In this document: positions 28,101 through 40,755 of the stretch, piece after piece
How the letters are laid out: each line of letters opens with the position of its first letter
How positions within the stretch are numbered: position 1 is the stretch's first letter
Source: Catajapyx aquilonaris
Taxonomy: Eukaryota
Direction of reading: 5' to 3'
Length of the DNA: 64,000 nt
Assembly (NCBI GenBank): GCA_000934665.2
Contig: KZ537980.1
Span: 62,001 to 126,000 of the forward strand
Program-made: the position numbers and the translations under genes
Notes under the pieces: generated by a model
What the model was told of the DNA's origin: nothing
Seen by the model: the letters and a program-made list of their open reading frames with translations, nothing else
The model's database searches: none

Positions 28101-30229
28101 GTTAAAGGAGTGTGTCCTGATTTATGCCATTTGCTAACGTAATTCGTGTCAGCTGTCAAGTTTCGTAACGATACGCCATGTAGAAGACTAAATAAATCAC
28201 GAGCTCTCGAGTGATTTAACTATACATAGTTTATGATAGCCCCTGGGGAACTTTCCGACAATTTCGGCTGTAATTAAAAATACATACGCACCAAGTTAAC
28301 GCAGCAGTCTATGATCAAACTGCTAGGCATTTCGTCTACAATGTTGATATGCAGGGAATGAAGTAGAATATTTTGCACTGCATCAAAAGTGTAAAATTCT
28401 GTCGACAACACTTTGTCCCATTCTGCTATTAAACGCTTTGCCAGTTACGTTCAACCCAAATAATTAAAGTTGACTGTACACAAAATATCCAGTCACACTG
28501 TGAAAACTTGACACAGTACAGCCTAACCTAACTATATGAAAGAGACACGCATATTAATCAACATATTTTACAGTATATACTAAATGTGGTAATATTTTGC
28601 ACTCTCCTCAATATTTACCAGAAGTCCAGAACATATTGGTAATTTCCAGTCCTGACATATACACAGTTCCAGTAACAACAGCACTAGTTTCGATCCTCTC
28701 GCTTATGGAGCGCATGGACTAACTTATGCACCAGAAGTGTGATAATTTTAATAAGGCTTATCTAGCAGCATGAACTGCATTTATCAGTGAAAATCCTGAA
28801 CCAATTTAGCGGAGTCCGGAGTATGATGCCGGGACCATCCCCACTTATCGCGAATAAATCCGCCAATTTTACTAATTATGTCCTATAACATTAGGCCGTT
28901 AAATTTAATCGCCATATTAAATGCCTATTTTGGAGTTAGGCGTCACTTGCATCCATCTCAACTTCCCGATTTTAAGCCCCACCATAGTGCTCTCACGTGG
29001 AGTCATTTACCCAGCGGTCCTAATCTATTGCCAGCTATCGACGCCTATTGAAAGGCATTTTGCGGGGAAGAATAATTCTCGCCACCTTTATTAAAGGCAA
29101 ATTGAAGTCATAAAATGGCCTCGAGTGTTAATTAGGTAGTCATCAAATCCCCCCTTCTACACCAGCTATCTTTTCCCATCCGTTCATTTCTACAGGCCCA
29201 ATGTTTTTACAGGCTAATAGGTTGCATACATGAATGCCAAGTTCCATTTGGAGGTTATGATGCATGAATGAGCCTCTCGGGTTTTCCACCCCCCACCCCC
29301 ACCCCCCTGCTCCATAGGTATTCATGTGTATCCAACGTACTTTCCCACACCACTTTTAAAACGAGGTTTTTGTTTGGTTTTGAGTCCAAGTGGTGGGAAG
29401 CAAATCAACATTAATGTGCACCTGGGCGGAGGTGAATCGATCTTGCTCATTCCCTGAATTTTCGGCGGGACAGGCCTAAATTAGCCAATAATGCCTAATT
29501 TATGCCCTTCCCGTCGGGTAATTTATTAGGTGTATATGGCATGTTTCACAACGCCGTTGGCCCGTGGGAAATAAACTGCGCAGGAGGACCTTTTGGATTT
29601 GCCATTCTCAAACTCATATATTCTTTTCATGTCTTTGCCTCTCGTCGCATATCCTTGCATACCAAAATAGCCTCACTTTCCGAGAACCAGACACCTGCGA
29701 TAATGCAGGCAATCTAATGCCATCTAGCTGAACGAAATTACATTGCCAGCAACAAGTAAATGCGTTCCCATCGCAGAGTAGGACGCAAAATGCCCTGCTC
29801 GTAAATAGCAGTTCAGATATTCTCTACTGATATTATTCACGTTGCGTTTTTTTTTAAGGATATGCGGAGAACGTTATTTATGCGGAATGAATGTGGGCAA
29901 CACGTTCTCGATGTTTGTGTAATCTCTAATCTCACGAGTTATAGCCCTGCTGGCCCCCGAAAACGTCGGTTCTATTTTGTCCTCGCGTATTTATTTCAAA
30001 TCCATATATCAGAATTAGAACGTATGCAAAAAAATGAGCGTAATTGGGAGGTGTGACATCGACCGGCGCGGCGCAATTCCGCTCAGAAAACTAGAATTCG
30101 CTAAAAAGTCAAAATGCGAAAAAAAATTACCATGTGCATGAAATTTCGAATAGGCGAATACAGCTGATGAGTAAAATCATTTAGGATTGCGAACAACTTT
30201 AAGTTTATATCTTACGATAGTCTATAAAG

Positions 30230-30351
30230 TTACTCACCAGTCATCAAGATTTCAGTTTCAGAGTTAGTCTAGAGAACTCTATAGACTAAAATTTAGTCTA
30301 CAGAGTTCCCTAGACTAAATCTGAAACTGAAATCTCGAGGACGGCGAGTAA
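30230..30351. repeat. Near-perfect palindrome (~60-bp arms, 1-nt spacer); possible foldback/MITE
   Basis: Left arm TTACTCACCAGTCATCAAGATTTCAGTTTCAGAGTTAGTCTAGAGAACTCTATAGACTAAA matches the reverse complement of the right arm with 6 substitutions and 1 indel. TA lies at both ends (TA-CTC...GAG-TA). Confidence 0.9.
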
Positions 30352-33300
30352 ATTTGTCAGTACATTGGTGGAAGAAAGTCACTGGAATTACCTAAAACCA
30401 TATATACGCACGTAACAGTTGAGTCATTTATATTACAAGATCTATATTACTCATTGGCATTATTTCTATGTCACAACAGTGGAGACAGTCTTCGAATTCT
30501 GCAAGGTAGGAATATTTTCGCTTCCAGGAAGTCATAAAATTGCCACGAGGAAAATGTGATGCAATGAACTGCATTTTGCATCGCAAGGCTTTAAATGGAT
30601 GTCTATTTTCAGATTCGGCCACACTGATTTTTGGCTTAATTATGCATGTTGTCATAATATTACATTTTACACTCGAGAAAGAAGTAGGCTAATCTGGTAC
30701 GTACTATTACCACCAAATATTTCATTTACATGTAGTGTAGAGAATATGATGTTTGCAGAAAGAGTCACAGTGCTAACAAGTTACGTACAAAAATTCAGCA
30801 CATCGTGTGCAAAGTCTGCATATCATTTAATGTTGTATAATACTTCAACCTTTCATGTTTCAGATGTAATGTACAGTACTTGTAGCATGATATGTAGGTA
30901 TGTATGAGAAAAAAACTGATATTTTAAGAAAAGCAGTTCAGGTATGTCCATCACAGCATATTTCTAATAATTTTATCATTATGGCCCTCAACTTGGTTAT
31001 ACTACGCTGCACGTCCACGATACATCACGTGTCATCATTTAAATCCCATGATTAATAATTATGGATGACTGAACAAATTAGCGAATGATCTCTTCGCATA
31101 TTGATACATTTGCACAGTATGGTGCACTATGACGTAGCCGCATGTGGTGCATCACAACAGGAATCAACAGGAAAAAATGAGTTTTCCTTTTACATTAACA
31201 ATGTAATTATAATCACAATCGGCACTAAAGAATTATTTACTTCCTTTGCAAACCATGTTTCACAGTGCACCACTTAATATTAACATACAGCTGCCGTATA
31301 TCAATGACACAAATGCTGATTGGCATCTCATATCAATTGTTAAAATGTGTTAGTGAAAGTGTTGCGTGGTCATTTAAACATATTTTTATACATACCATAT
31401 GTACAGACCTCCCGATTGACAAACACACCCAGAAGTACGCCAGTTGCCTGCATGCCAGATAAAAAAGTGGAACACACAATACCTGTACATGAGTTATCTC
31501 TTCATTCAACAACCGCCTATAATTTGAACAATAATACGAATAACATCCATACTTTATCACAACTTTACTACCCCCTGGCGTTAATACTACGATATATATT
31601 TTTTACAACTAAGCCACGTTTACTTTTCGACTCTATTGTGCTCAGCACCATTTTATAGCCCCCATGCATTTAAAAGGTGCCCCAAATAAAAATAATCGCC
31701 CATGTATATCCCCAAGAAAACTTTGGATCCATCCCAAGCAAACACCCTTCAAAAATTGTGCCTTGATGTCCCTCCCCCCAAAAAAGAAACTTTCTCTTCT
31801 TTTTTACTTTTTTTAAAAAAAAACTTAAAGTGGGCGTGACACTGGCAAGCAAGCTCCCCTCTTTCCAGCCCATTCCCTCTCCTCATCCCCTCCCTTCCTT
31901 CAGGGGTTGCATAATCTCTGGACGGCTTCCAAGCCTCCACGCATAAAACATGGGCCGAGGCCTATGCAATAAAGATCAAGAGGATCCACTTTGACACGAG
32001 CCGGCTAATGACGAGCGGCCCTCCCCCATTTGCAAGCGTGTCTTAAGGGCAAAAAAGCACCCCCCCAGAAGGAGGCTAGGGTGTAGACTCGGCACCCTTT
32101 TTCGCTCGTCATCAGCTAGAAATTTTGCTTAACTTTCAGGCAAGATTCTGAAGAGCTTTACTTCAACGTGCTTTTGGCCATTAAGTGCGTTGCAAAATTA
32201 TTAATATCAGCGAGTCTCTTTTTCGCGAGTGCTGCTCATTACTTTGGGAGTGTTTTACGATGATTTTATGCATTTTGAGCGAACTGTCAGCCGTTTTTCT
32301 TCAGAGCCACAGGGTGAGGCAGAGCGTACAGCCGTTTTGGCGCCTTTAACCTGAATAATAAAGCACATGCACATAATAAATTCGAGTCTCGATGGCAGTG
32401 TAGTAGACATTTTCGGAAATTTGCCAGCGTTCGCATGAAGGTGGACCATAAAATAATATTATAATAATACAATACGTATAATAGCAATATCACATTGTCG
32501 TTGGTGGCGAATTGCCATTTAAACCCTTTACATTTTCTTTTTGGGTCAATAAATCCTTTGCTGCTCTTGAGTGCACTTTAGTACAGGTACAGTCGGTTCA
32601 TTTACTTTTAGGCGCCAGGTCTTCGCCTGTGCATGGATGTGCGTGCAACCGCAACAGCTTATTGGTACGATGGTGGCAATAGTCACGATAGAGGTTTAGG
32701 GCCCGTGACCAAATGCATTTGGAGGTAGGAAGCAGGCTTACCAGCGTGTCCAGCAATCGTCATGCAGTGAAGACTGCACAACATAAAATTACGACAAGTG
32801 CATCGTGCGTTTCATGTACGATCCGCTATAGTATTTTTTTTCATCTAGTATAGTAAAATATGTTCCCCTTATTTTTACGGTCTGGAAATCCAGGGAAAAA
32901 AGGAGTCTGTGAGGCGTGACAAACAATGCGACAGTGTGTAGCTGTTGAAGAGATCGTTGAATACCTTCATCCATAAGGCATCTCCAGATATGAATAGAAA
33001 TGGACTACTTATCGATCGGACGGGGTGATTTCGCAGAGAAATTCGGGCTTTACCTATAGACCAGTCTAACGCTATTTCCGCAGCTTCCTCGCCATCATTG
33101 TGACACTCATCACCTTGTCCATGTTGAACCAACTTTCATAACAGAAAGTTTCGAAAGGGAAAGAAATTTACACATGATTTGTGACTTAGGTAGTGCACCA
33201 AATTTAAAGTAGTCATCATATTCGCAAGTATGCATATATTTCTAAAACCTTGCTAATACATAATTTATGTTGAATTACACCATGTGACACATTATTATGT

Positions 33301-36300
33301 ACTTGTCCTACAGTGGGTTACCATCCAGCGTATACTGTACTGTACAATTCATACTAAATTCATATACCCAATGCATATATGCCCAATTTCCATACTGAAA
33401 GGCCCTGTTGCTTGGCAGCAGAAAATGATATAAGAGGCGGAATTGTCAACATGCTCAACATTAACATAGCCGAGCACATTGAATGCGGTTACAGTTTCCT
33501 GTGCATTGTGTCTGGAGCCCATTATTTCTGATCTAGATGCTTGGGAGTAACAATGACAGAAATCCCTTTCTCGCTCTGTAATAGTCTATTTCATTTTTTC
33601 ACCGTTACACAGTTGCAACTCCTGCAATTATCCATTTAGAAACGGTGTAATCAGGGCCGCAGTCCTTGAGAATAATCATCAATTTTTACTATCCAAGCCT
33701 ACATTTTAAGAGGAAAAAGTCGCACAATTACATCCGCAACGTACCAAGTAAAATTCAGACGTATGCCGCCAATTTTTGCCCAGTGATTTCACAATGTCAC
33801 TAGCAATAACTTCCATCTAGGCATACCGAGCTCTGAATAATAAATGAAACCCACCGCAATAACTCACAGCCGGCCAGTACTAAAGAACACAATAAAGAGC
33901 TCGCTCGTAAATTCCCCTCTGCAGAAACTTGTCACCTAATTTCACCAAGCCGTCCTGACCGTGTCAATAAAATTTCAGTTAGCCCCTGTATAGTCGGTGG
34001 GGGTGTGCAATGCGTGACACCGTTCCATGTGCGTGATTTGGCTCTTTCAGGTCCCTAATGGAAATTCGTTTCCAACAGGCACAGGCCTACACCTGTACCT
34101 ACATGTTTAAATAATTAGATCCCCCAGCGGTTTATTGTCGCACTTATCGTAATAACACCCTCCCCGCAGCATAAAAGCCAAAAAACGACCTTGTGCATCC
34201 AAGAATAAGCAGCAAAATTCCGGTCACTCACTCTCCTGGCTCATGCAAGTGACACGACGACTCTAGCAGGTGCCACTGGCATTACCCTGTTGCGAATTAT
34301 GTTCAGACTTCCAAGGTGGCGCCCACCCAAACGATCCTATCTGCCAGCCAAACTTCGGGTCGCTTCATGACACCTTTTTGTTTTATTCCTTTGCCAGACA
34401 GTTGAACATAAGCATTAGCGACATCCATGCCAACATGAACATATTTTCTAAAGGCTTCTGAGAGGACATTGTTTCCTTGTACTTCCCTCCCACTTCACGC
34501 TGGATGTGATCCCCTAATATTATAATACCTGAGTACCATCAGCGCCTGGCGACAAGCTAATGCCAATCAAGCCTCCCAGCCTTTCCAATCAACAATCCCC
34601 ATTATGTTGTCATAACCCTCCCCTCCTGCTCCGCATTAAAGCACTAAGAAATTCATTACTCAGAATGAATATAATGACTTCATAATATTTCCTACATTGA
34701 TCCATCAGAAGTTGTGCCCCCCTCCCCCCCTACTCCCCGCCCCCTCCAATTTCAATCTCCCTGGCGGATTGTAATTGGCTCTACTTTAATTTCCATTAAG
34801 GAGACAACGTGCTTGTTAGCTGCTCCTCCAAGTCCGCATTGTTCCCAAGTTTAAGTACTGGGGAGGGAAGAAAAGGAGGGGGAGGGACCGCTAAGTTATC
34901 TTATAAATGCAACCAAGCACACTCTACCAAACGCCACGTTTCATTAGCGCACGTCCAATAACCTACAAGCACGTCGTTATTACCCGTACAAGCCGCAAGT
35001 CACTTCACTTTTTTATTAACAATTACATATTTCAGGTTGGCAAAAAAAAATTCTCTAGAGCCTGAAAAAAAAAATTGGCGAGCATGCAGTCATATCTATA
35101 GTCGTGAACAATGAAAGCCGAATCGTCCCCAACACAATCGACTTGCCAGCAATAAATTTCTGTACGTCAAGCTGGGCTCTTGATTTACCCAACCCCGGCT
35201 TCCACTTCATGCAACTCCTGGCGAAAAAAAAAGTCAATAACGGTGTAAGGGAGGATAATAATCAGTAGGGGGTTACGCCCCACCACCCACCTAGCCACCA
35301 AAAAAAAAAATAATATATCTACCCGTGGTATTAGAATATACAGCTCATTCTGCGCCATATTTCATTAAACCCAACACGATATCACATGAGGTCTTCAGGG
35401 ACTTTTAGCTTTATAACCTTTCACTATCGAACTTTGCACGATCTGTAATTTTAGCTGGGTCGGCTGACATTTGAAATAAAAACCTGGCGTATAAATATAA
35501 ACGCCAGGTCCAAGACGGAAATGCATTTAGTGCTCTCTTTTTTCGATTTACAGCGCCAACTCGGCACCGCACAACAAATCAGCTTTTCTCCGCATGCTCC
35601 CAACCGTGTATCCAGACTAATGCTGGATTTTTCACGCTTTGGAGGACCAACTCCCAAATTCCATCTGGCTCACCCCACGTATAACCCATCAGGGGATCAG
35701 AAAATTATTTTTAATGCGAATTTCCCACGAAACCTGTCCAACATTCCGCTAAATATGAGCCACCCACGCAATTCAATATCCCCGAAAAAATCCGGTCCAT
35801 TTCACTAATCGACTATTCCATAGAATTGAACTCGCTTTTTGGGACCACCAGGAAAGTCAACCTGAACCGATGGAGTGGACAGCATCATAGAACCCCCCCA
35901 CTGTTATCCCAACTCTTCCCCCCCCCCTCCTGGTCCTGCACACAATCCAGAAACTGCCCCAAACGGAGCTTTTCTTGGTGGTTGTCCGAGTAAGGAAGAT
36001 CTGGCGGCTCCATTAACTAAATGAGGGAGGTTGAGAAGAAGTAGAGAGGGGCCTCCAGTGTAAAGGCCACCATCCTCAGAAAGAAAAAAAAAACGAAGTG
36101 AAAAAAAGACCCTGACTTTCCATCCACTCTTTTCAATCGCTTCCAAATTTCCGGGTATTCTCAATCGACATTGGCTTCCGGACGTTGGGGGGCATTTTTA
36201 ATGGAATCATCCGACGAGAAAATTAAATTGAATTCCACCAAATTCTTTACTGCACCGGAACATATCCGCCTTTGCACCTGAATTACTCACATTTGCACAC

Positions 36301-39300
36301 AAAAAATGGACGATAGAAACGATTCCGTATAATTATGCAACTTCCAATTCATTTGCGTATATACCTAATATGAAGATGAAAGTCGCACTCTTAAAAAACA
36401 AAGGAAAAATATGAAAGAGTCGACGACGTAATTTAGAGCGAATATAAACAAAGCTACACTGAAATGCTTTATAACATCATTAGTATATTCTGGCTCATTT
36501 TTACTCCATCATTTCCTTAGTTTGAACATGTCGTGAGTAGCTGACTACGAGCAATAAGGACACTGTACCATTACTTTCATGCAGTACTCTGCACACAGCC
36601 ATCTGCAAGAGTTAATTCCGCCAATTAAGCCTGGTTTTGATAATGATCTCTTCGCGTAGGCCTCAAGCACTCAACTGCACTGTAGTGCGCACCAAAATTA
36701 AATTTACTTTCACCATACCGTCTGGGCCTTCTCAGAATATTTCCAAGCTCACTCGCAAAAATATACGAAATATATTATATAATTAGCGCACACAACATGA
36801 TTGTTCGCTGCAAAATACTTAGCCCTGAAGGTAGTACAGCTCAACGAAACTACTGTTTTTTCCTTCCTGAAGACTCCATTATGCAAACCTCCTCAGTATT
36901 GCAATAATGGCCTTGAGACTCTCCACCTTCAGTACACAACTCTTGCCTCAACACAAAGACTTATCGGATTTCAGATCCGTACAAGAGGTCCTGAAACCTA
37001 AGATCCTTATACCTTCCACGCATCAATAAGCCGTAAGAACCAGGCATATACGCAAATATGCTTCGGGTAGTCTTCCGTACATCAAAGCTGGGATGAAAAC
37101 TACATATTTTTGCCAGAAATAGCTCCAGGCTAGGAGAAACAACAACTATTTTCCACGACACCCACCGAATTATTAACCACCGGATAGATCCCGCCCACCT
37201 GATTATCAATAGCAACATTTTCCTTCCACCACCATGCAATTTGCATTCCTTACTCCGACTATACCTTGCGAGACAAATTGGGCGTGCAAAAGGCGGGTTC
37301 CTGCTCGCGATGTGAAGCCAACGGATTTACGAGCCCCAGCAACACTGACACACTTCAAGAGAATCACGCTTCTGCTCCACTTCGCGATAACTGCTTCGAG
37401 GGCTTCAGATGAGAAGCAAGAAAAGAAATGAGGTAACAAGTAGGCTACTTTTCATTACAAGATGGACATTGGTCCTACCAAAATTTCTGCAGGATATGCC
37501 CATCTCTCGACAGATGGCAACATTTATAATGATAACCCGATAAGTACAGCACATTTATCAAGCTGATGTAATACGACGTTTATCGTTGTGACAATACAAT
37601 CACATAATCAGCACTTACTGAATGCGCAAGTAACCTGCACCACTGTTTGTTATGGTGTCACTTGTCACGCGTCACGGCCTGCCATGTGAGACAAAGCAGC
37701 AAGACATGCTATTGTATAATATTCCACCGTGTGTGTATCCGCATACTTGCCATTCATTCGAGCCAAGCTGAGCAACCCTGTAAATTCAGGTGGAGCATTA
37801 AAAGTAAACAATGACCGTTAATGTGCACAGTCATTAGCAGAATGATGGTAATTATTATTTGCTATTAATTACTATTAGCATGCAGTAAGTTATTTATCAT
37901 TTACATGTCATTAATAACCATAATAGTTATTTAGTGCATATTTGCTTTCATCCTAGTTAATAGTATTGTATAGGGTTGATATATTTATTAATGACGTGCC
38001 CTTTTAATAAAGTAATGGTGATGGCAACGAGCCCAACTAGTTTTCGCATACCCATATAATGCATTTCTTGACATACCTGTAAGTTATGGTACCCGGGCTT
38101 TTAAATTATTAGCATATGTTCCACCCGGCCATAAGTTCATTTGAGAGAGCAAAAGCATGACGAATTGATTGATCCCAATCTGCCCTCTCCCTTTAATGGA
38201 GCCATATACTCCACAGGAATAAAGAGGAATTTTGGGCGCAGTGAATCAATGAAGAACGAACTTTTCAGAAGTTATGAAGAAATTCGTGGAACTTTTGATA
38301 ACGAACAGTTCATGAACCTTCACACCTTTTCTACGGCCGGGGGCATAGGTACCGGTAATTAATAAATCGTTAGACGTCGCTGGCTGGAAGCGAAATATTA
38401 CCATTGACAGTATGACCCACCCTTATGTAATTCATTTTACTATTTTTTTTTCACAGCAGTTTTACAGTTTGCTATATTAAGAACATATTGATTACTAGCT
38501 GGCAACCACTTGCCATCAAACAGGTTGCTCCCACTTTCACTTGAACATGACATTTTGAAGACTGCACCACATGCGCAATTACTCCCAAGATGCAATCCAC
38601 GTGACCTCGACATCAATTAAGCCCTCTGTTATTAATTTGCGCCTCTCTTTCGTCTCTCTTGCCTTCGTTTTACAAGCTAAGAAAATGGCTGTGTTTGCAG
38701 CAGCCCCCTACCTGGTCTGTCCGGCAGGAAGACAAGCCCGTTCACCTTGAACCAAGAGGAGGGCACAAAACCAACCCTTGGAGGAAACCAACCACACCGC
38801 ACGGATGCCGCGCTCGCACTGATGGATTTCAGGAGGGGGGGTTGGGGAGGCAGTCGCTCGGGGGTGGAGAGAGCAAGGTGCAACTGAGGCGGCGGGGGCG
38901 GAAGGCTGAATCTCCCGCCCCCCCGAGTTTGCACCTGGTACGGACACTTAATGAGTCAGGGTTTAATCCTGATTAAAGACAGGTACCAGGAATTAAAATG
39001 GCGGGACGTAATTAAATTTAGGGCATGGACATTGTAGATGAAAGTTGGCGGCCATTTTTGATGCAGGCTTGTTGGCCGATCGATATGTGGCATGGTGGGT
39101 TCACAACCTGGTTTTTTACGCATCATCACAGTGTCGTTCGATCCGTTTATTTATTTACATATTTTACTAATAATTATATGGTGCACTTGAGTATTGCAGT
39201 TTGTGGGCAGTGCACTTGTGCACATGTCATGAACTAATGGCTGTACAAACATGGCGCCAAATTTATTACGTCATTAATGTGATGTTGCGTCGCATATTTA

Positions 39301-39548
39301 AAAAAATTAATTTAACCGTGTTTAATCAGTAATCGTGTCTAGTTATGTTGTTAATACAATATTTAAAATGTATGCTTGTAAACTGTATAATATTTTTCTC
39401 ACATGTCGTTTTTCTGTTGGCATTCTGTGGACAGTGCATGGCCGGTGGACAGTGGCCTCTTTGTAACAGTCGAGGTGACGCTTCTCTCATAATAATTAAT
39501 CTCAGAACAATTAGGCAGAACTGATCTGTGACAATTAATTGGCAGACG

Positions 39549-40454
39549 ATGGCGACTAATCCAATCAAGGCGAAGGCCAAGATCGCGGTGGTTTGCTCCA
39601 GCAACATGAACCGAAGCATGGAAGCACATGCTTTTCTAAGGTTTTGTGTTTATTTTTATATATTTTTTTGCTGTTTCTTCACAATATGTCAACTCGCATT
39701 GTATTTTACAGCAAGAAAGGCTTCAGTGTGCGTTCGTTTGGCACTGGAGACAAGGTGAAGCTTCCAGGACCAGCTCCGGACAAGCCAAACTGTTACGAAT
39801 TTGGCATTTCGTATGAGGAGATTTACCAGGATCTCTTGGAGAAGGACAAACTCTTGTATCCTTTTTGAATCAGATGTAACACCAAATGTGTTGTAAATTG
39901 AAGAGACTTATTGCCTTGTATCAAATGTAGCCAAAAAAAAACAAAACAAAAAAAGTCCTTAATGTAAGAAACAGGTACACCCAGAATGGGTTGTTGCACA
40001 TGCTGGATCGTAATCGCAGGATCAAGACACATCCCGAGCGCTTCCAAACTTGCAAGGAGAAGTTTGACATTGTGATCACCTGCGAGGAGCGGGTCTATGA
40101 TCAAGTCATTGAGCGTACGCATCTCAAACTGCGTTTCATGCAATAACTTTTAACTTCACCTCTTGCGATTGCAGATATGGATACTCTGTTTCCAGAAGAC
40201 AACATTCCTGTCCATATTCTCAACATTGACATTCAGGACAATCATGAAGAGGCTACCATTGGGGCCTTCATGATCTGCGAGCTGGTTACATTGGTAAGTT
40301 AGCACACCTTCGAGATTACCTGCAAACTTTTAAATCACTGTATTACTTTCAGATGACTGAGAGTGATGACTTGGACAATGATGTGGATGACATGCTGCAA
40401 GATTTTGAGGTGAAAGTCAATCGGCCAATCTTGCATTGTGTCCTATTCTATTAG
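39549..40454 (+). CDS. Ssu72: RNA polymerase II CTD phosphatase Ssu72 (5 exons: 39549-39640, 39712-39855, 39975-40114, 40175-40293, 40353-40454)
   Basis: Spliced translation [57 protein letters not shown]...YTQNGLLHMLDRNRRIK...DIQDNHEEATIGA...LHCVLFY*. It has the Ssu72 catalytic loop CSSNMNRS (CX5R), and all junctions keep frame. Confidence 0.97.
39856..39974 (+). other. U12-type (minor spliceosome) GT-AG intron, intron 2 of Ssu72
   Basis: 5' splice site GTATCCTTTT. Branch-like TCCTTAAT at 39956-39963, about 12 nt before the AG at 39973-39974. No polypyrimidine tract (A-rich instead). Removal restores DKLL/YTQNG. Confidence 0.92.
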
Positions 40455-40643
40455 GAGGTCCACCTTGTTCTCAGATCATGTATTTTGTACTTATCCATAG
40501 TCTACAAAGATCAACAAGGTCCTTTGATTTTTGTATATTTATGCGGATCCTTTTTTATGCTGTTTTTTTTTAATACATATACTTTTTGATGGGTCCAAAC
40601 TGGATGTGGAGGTTTTGGACCAGTGATGAAACGCCAAAAGTAT

Positions 40644-40649
40644 TTTATT
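40644..40649 (-). terminator. Candidate polyadenylation signal (AATAAA) for Lsg1
   Basis: TTTATT on + strand, ~107 nt downstream of the Lsg1 stop codon. Confidence 0.5.
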
Positions 40650-40700
40650 AAGTTTTATACGGAAGAGTTTGAGTTCCTATCCTAAGTCTGACTCAACAGA

Positions 40701-40706
40701 AATAAA
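40701..40706 (+). terminator. Candidate polyadenylation signal (AATAAA) for Ssu72
   Basis: First AATAAA I see downstream of the Ssu72 stop, followed by T/GT-rich sequence. Confidence 0.5.
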
Positions 40707-40755
40707 AGAACGTCATGTTTGTAAAATATTTTTATGTCAATTCAGACGTTGCATG

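Noticed and set aside
145..39237. Numerous 60-150 aa ORFs in the left half, including 9457-9834, 26379-26834 and 38659-38976
   Set aside because: No recognisable domains, many lack ATG starts, composition looks like translated non-coding DNA, and I could not build a consistent exon chain.
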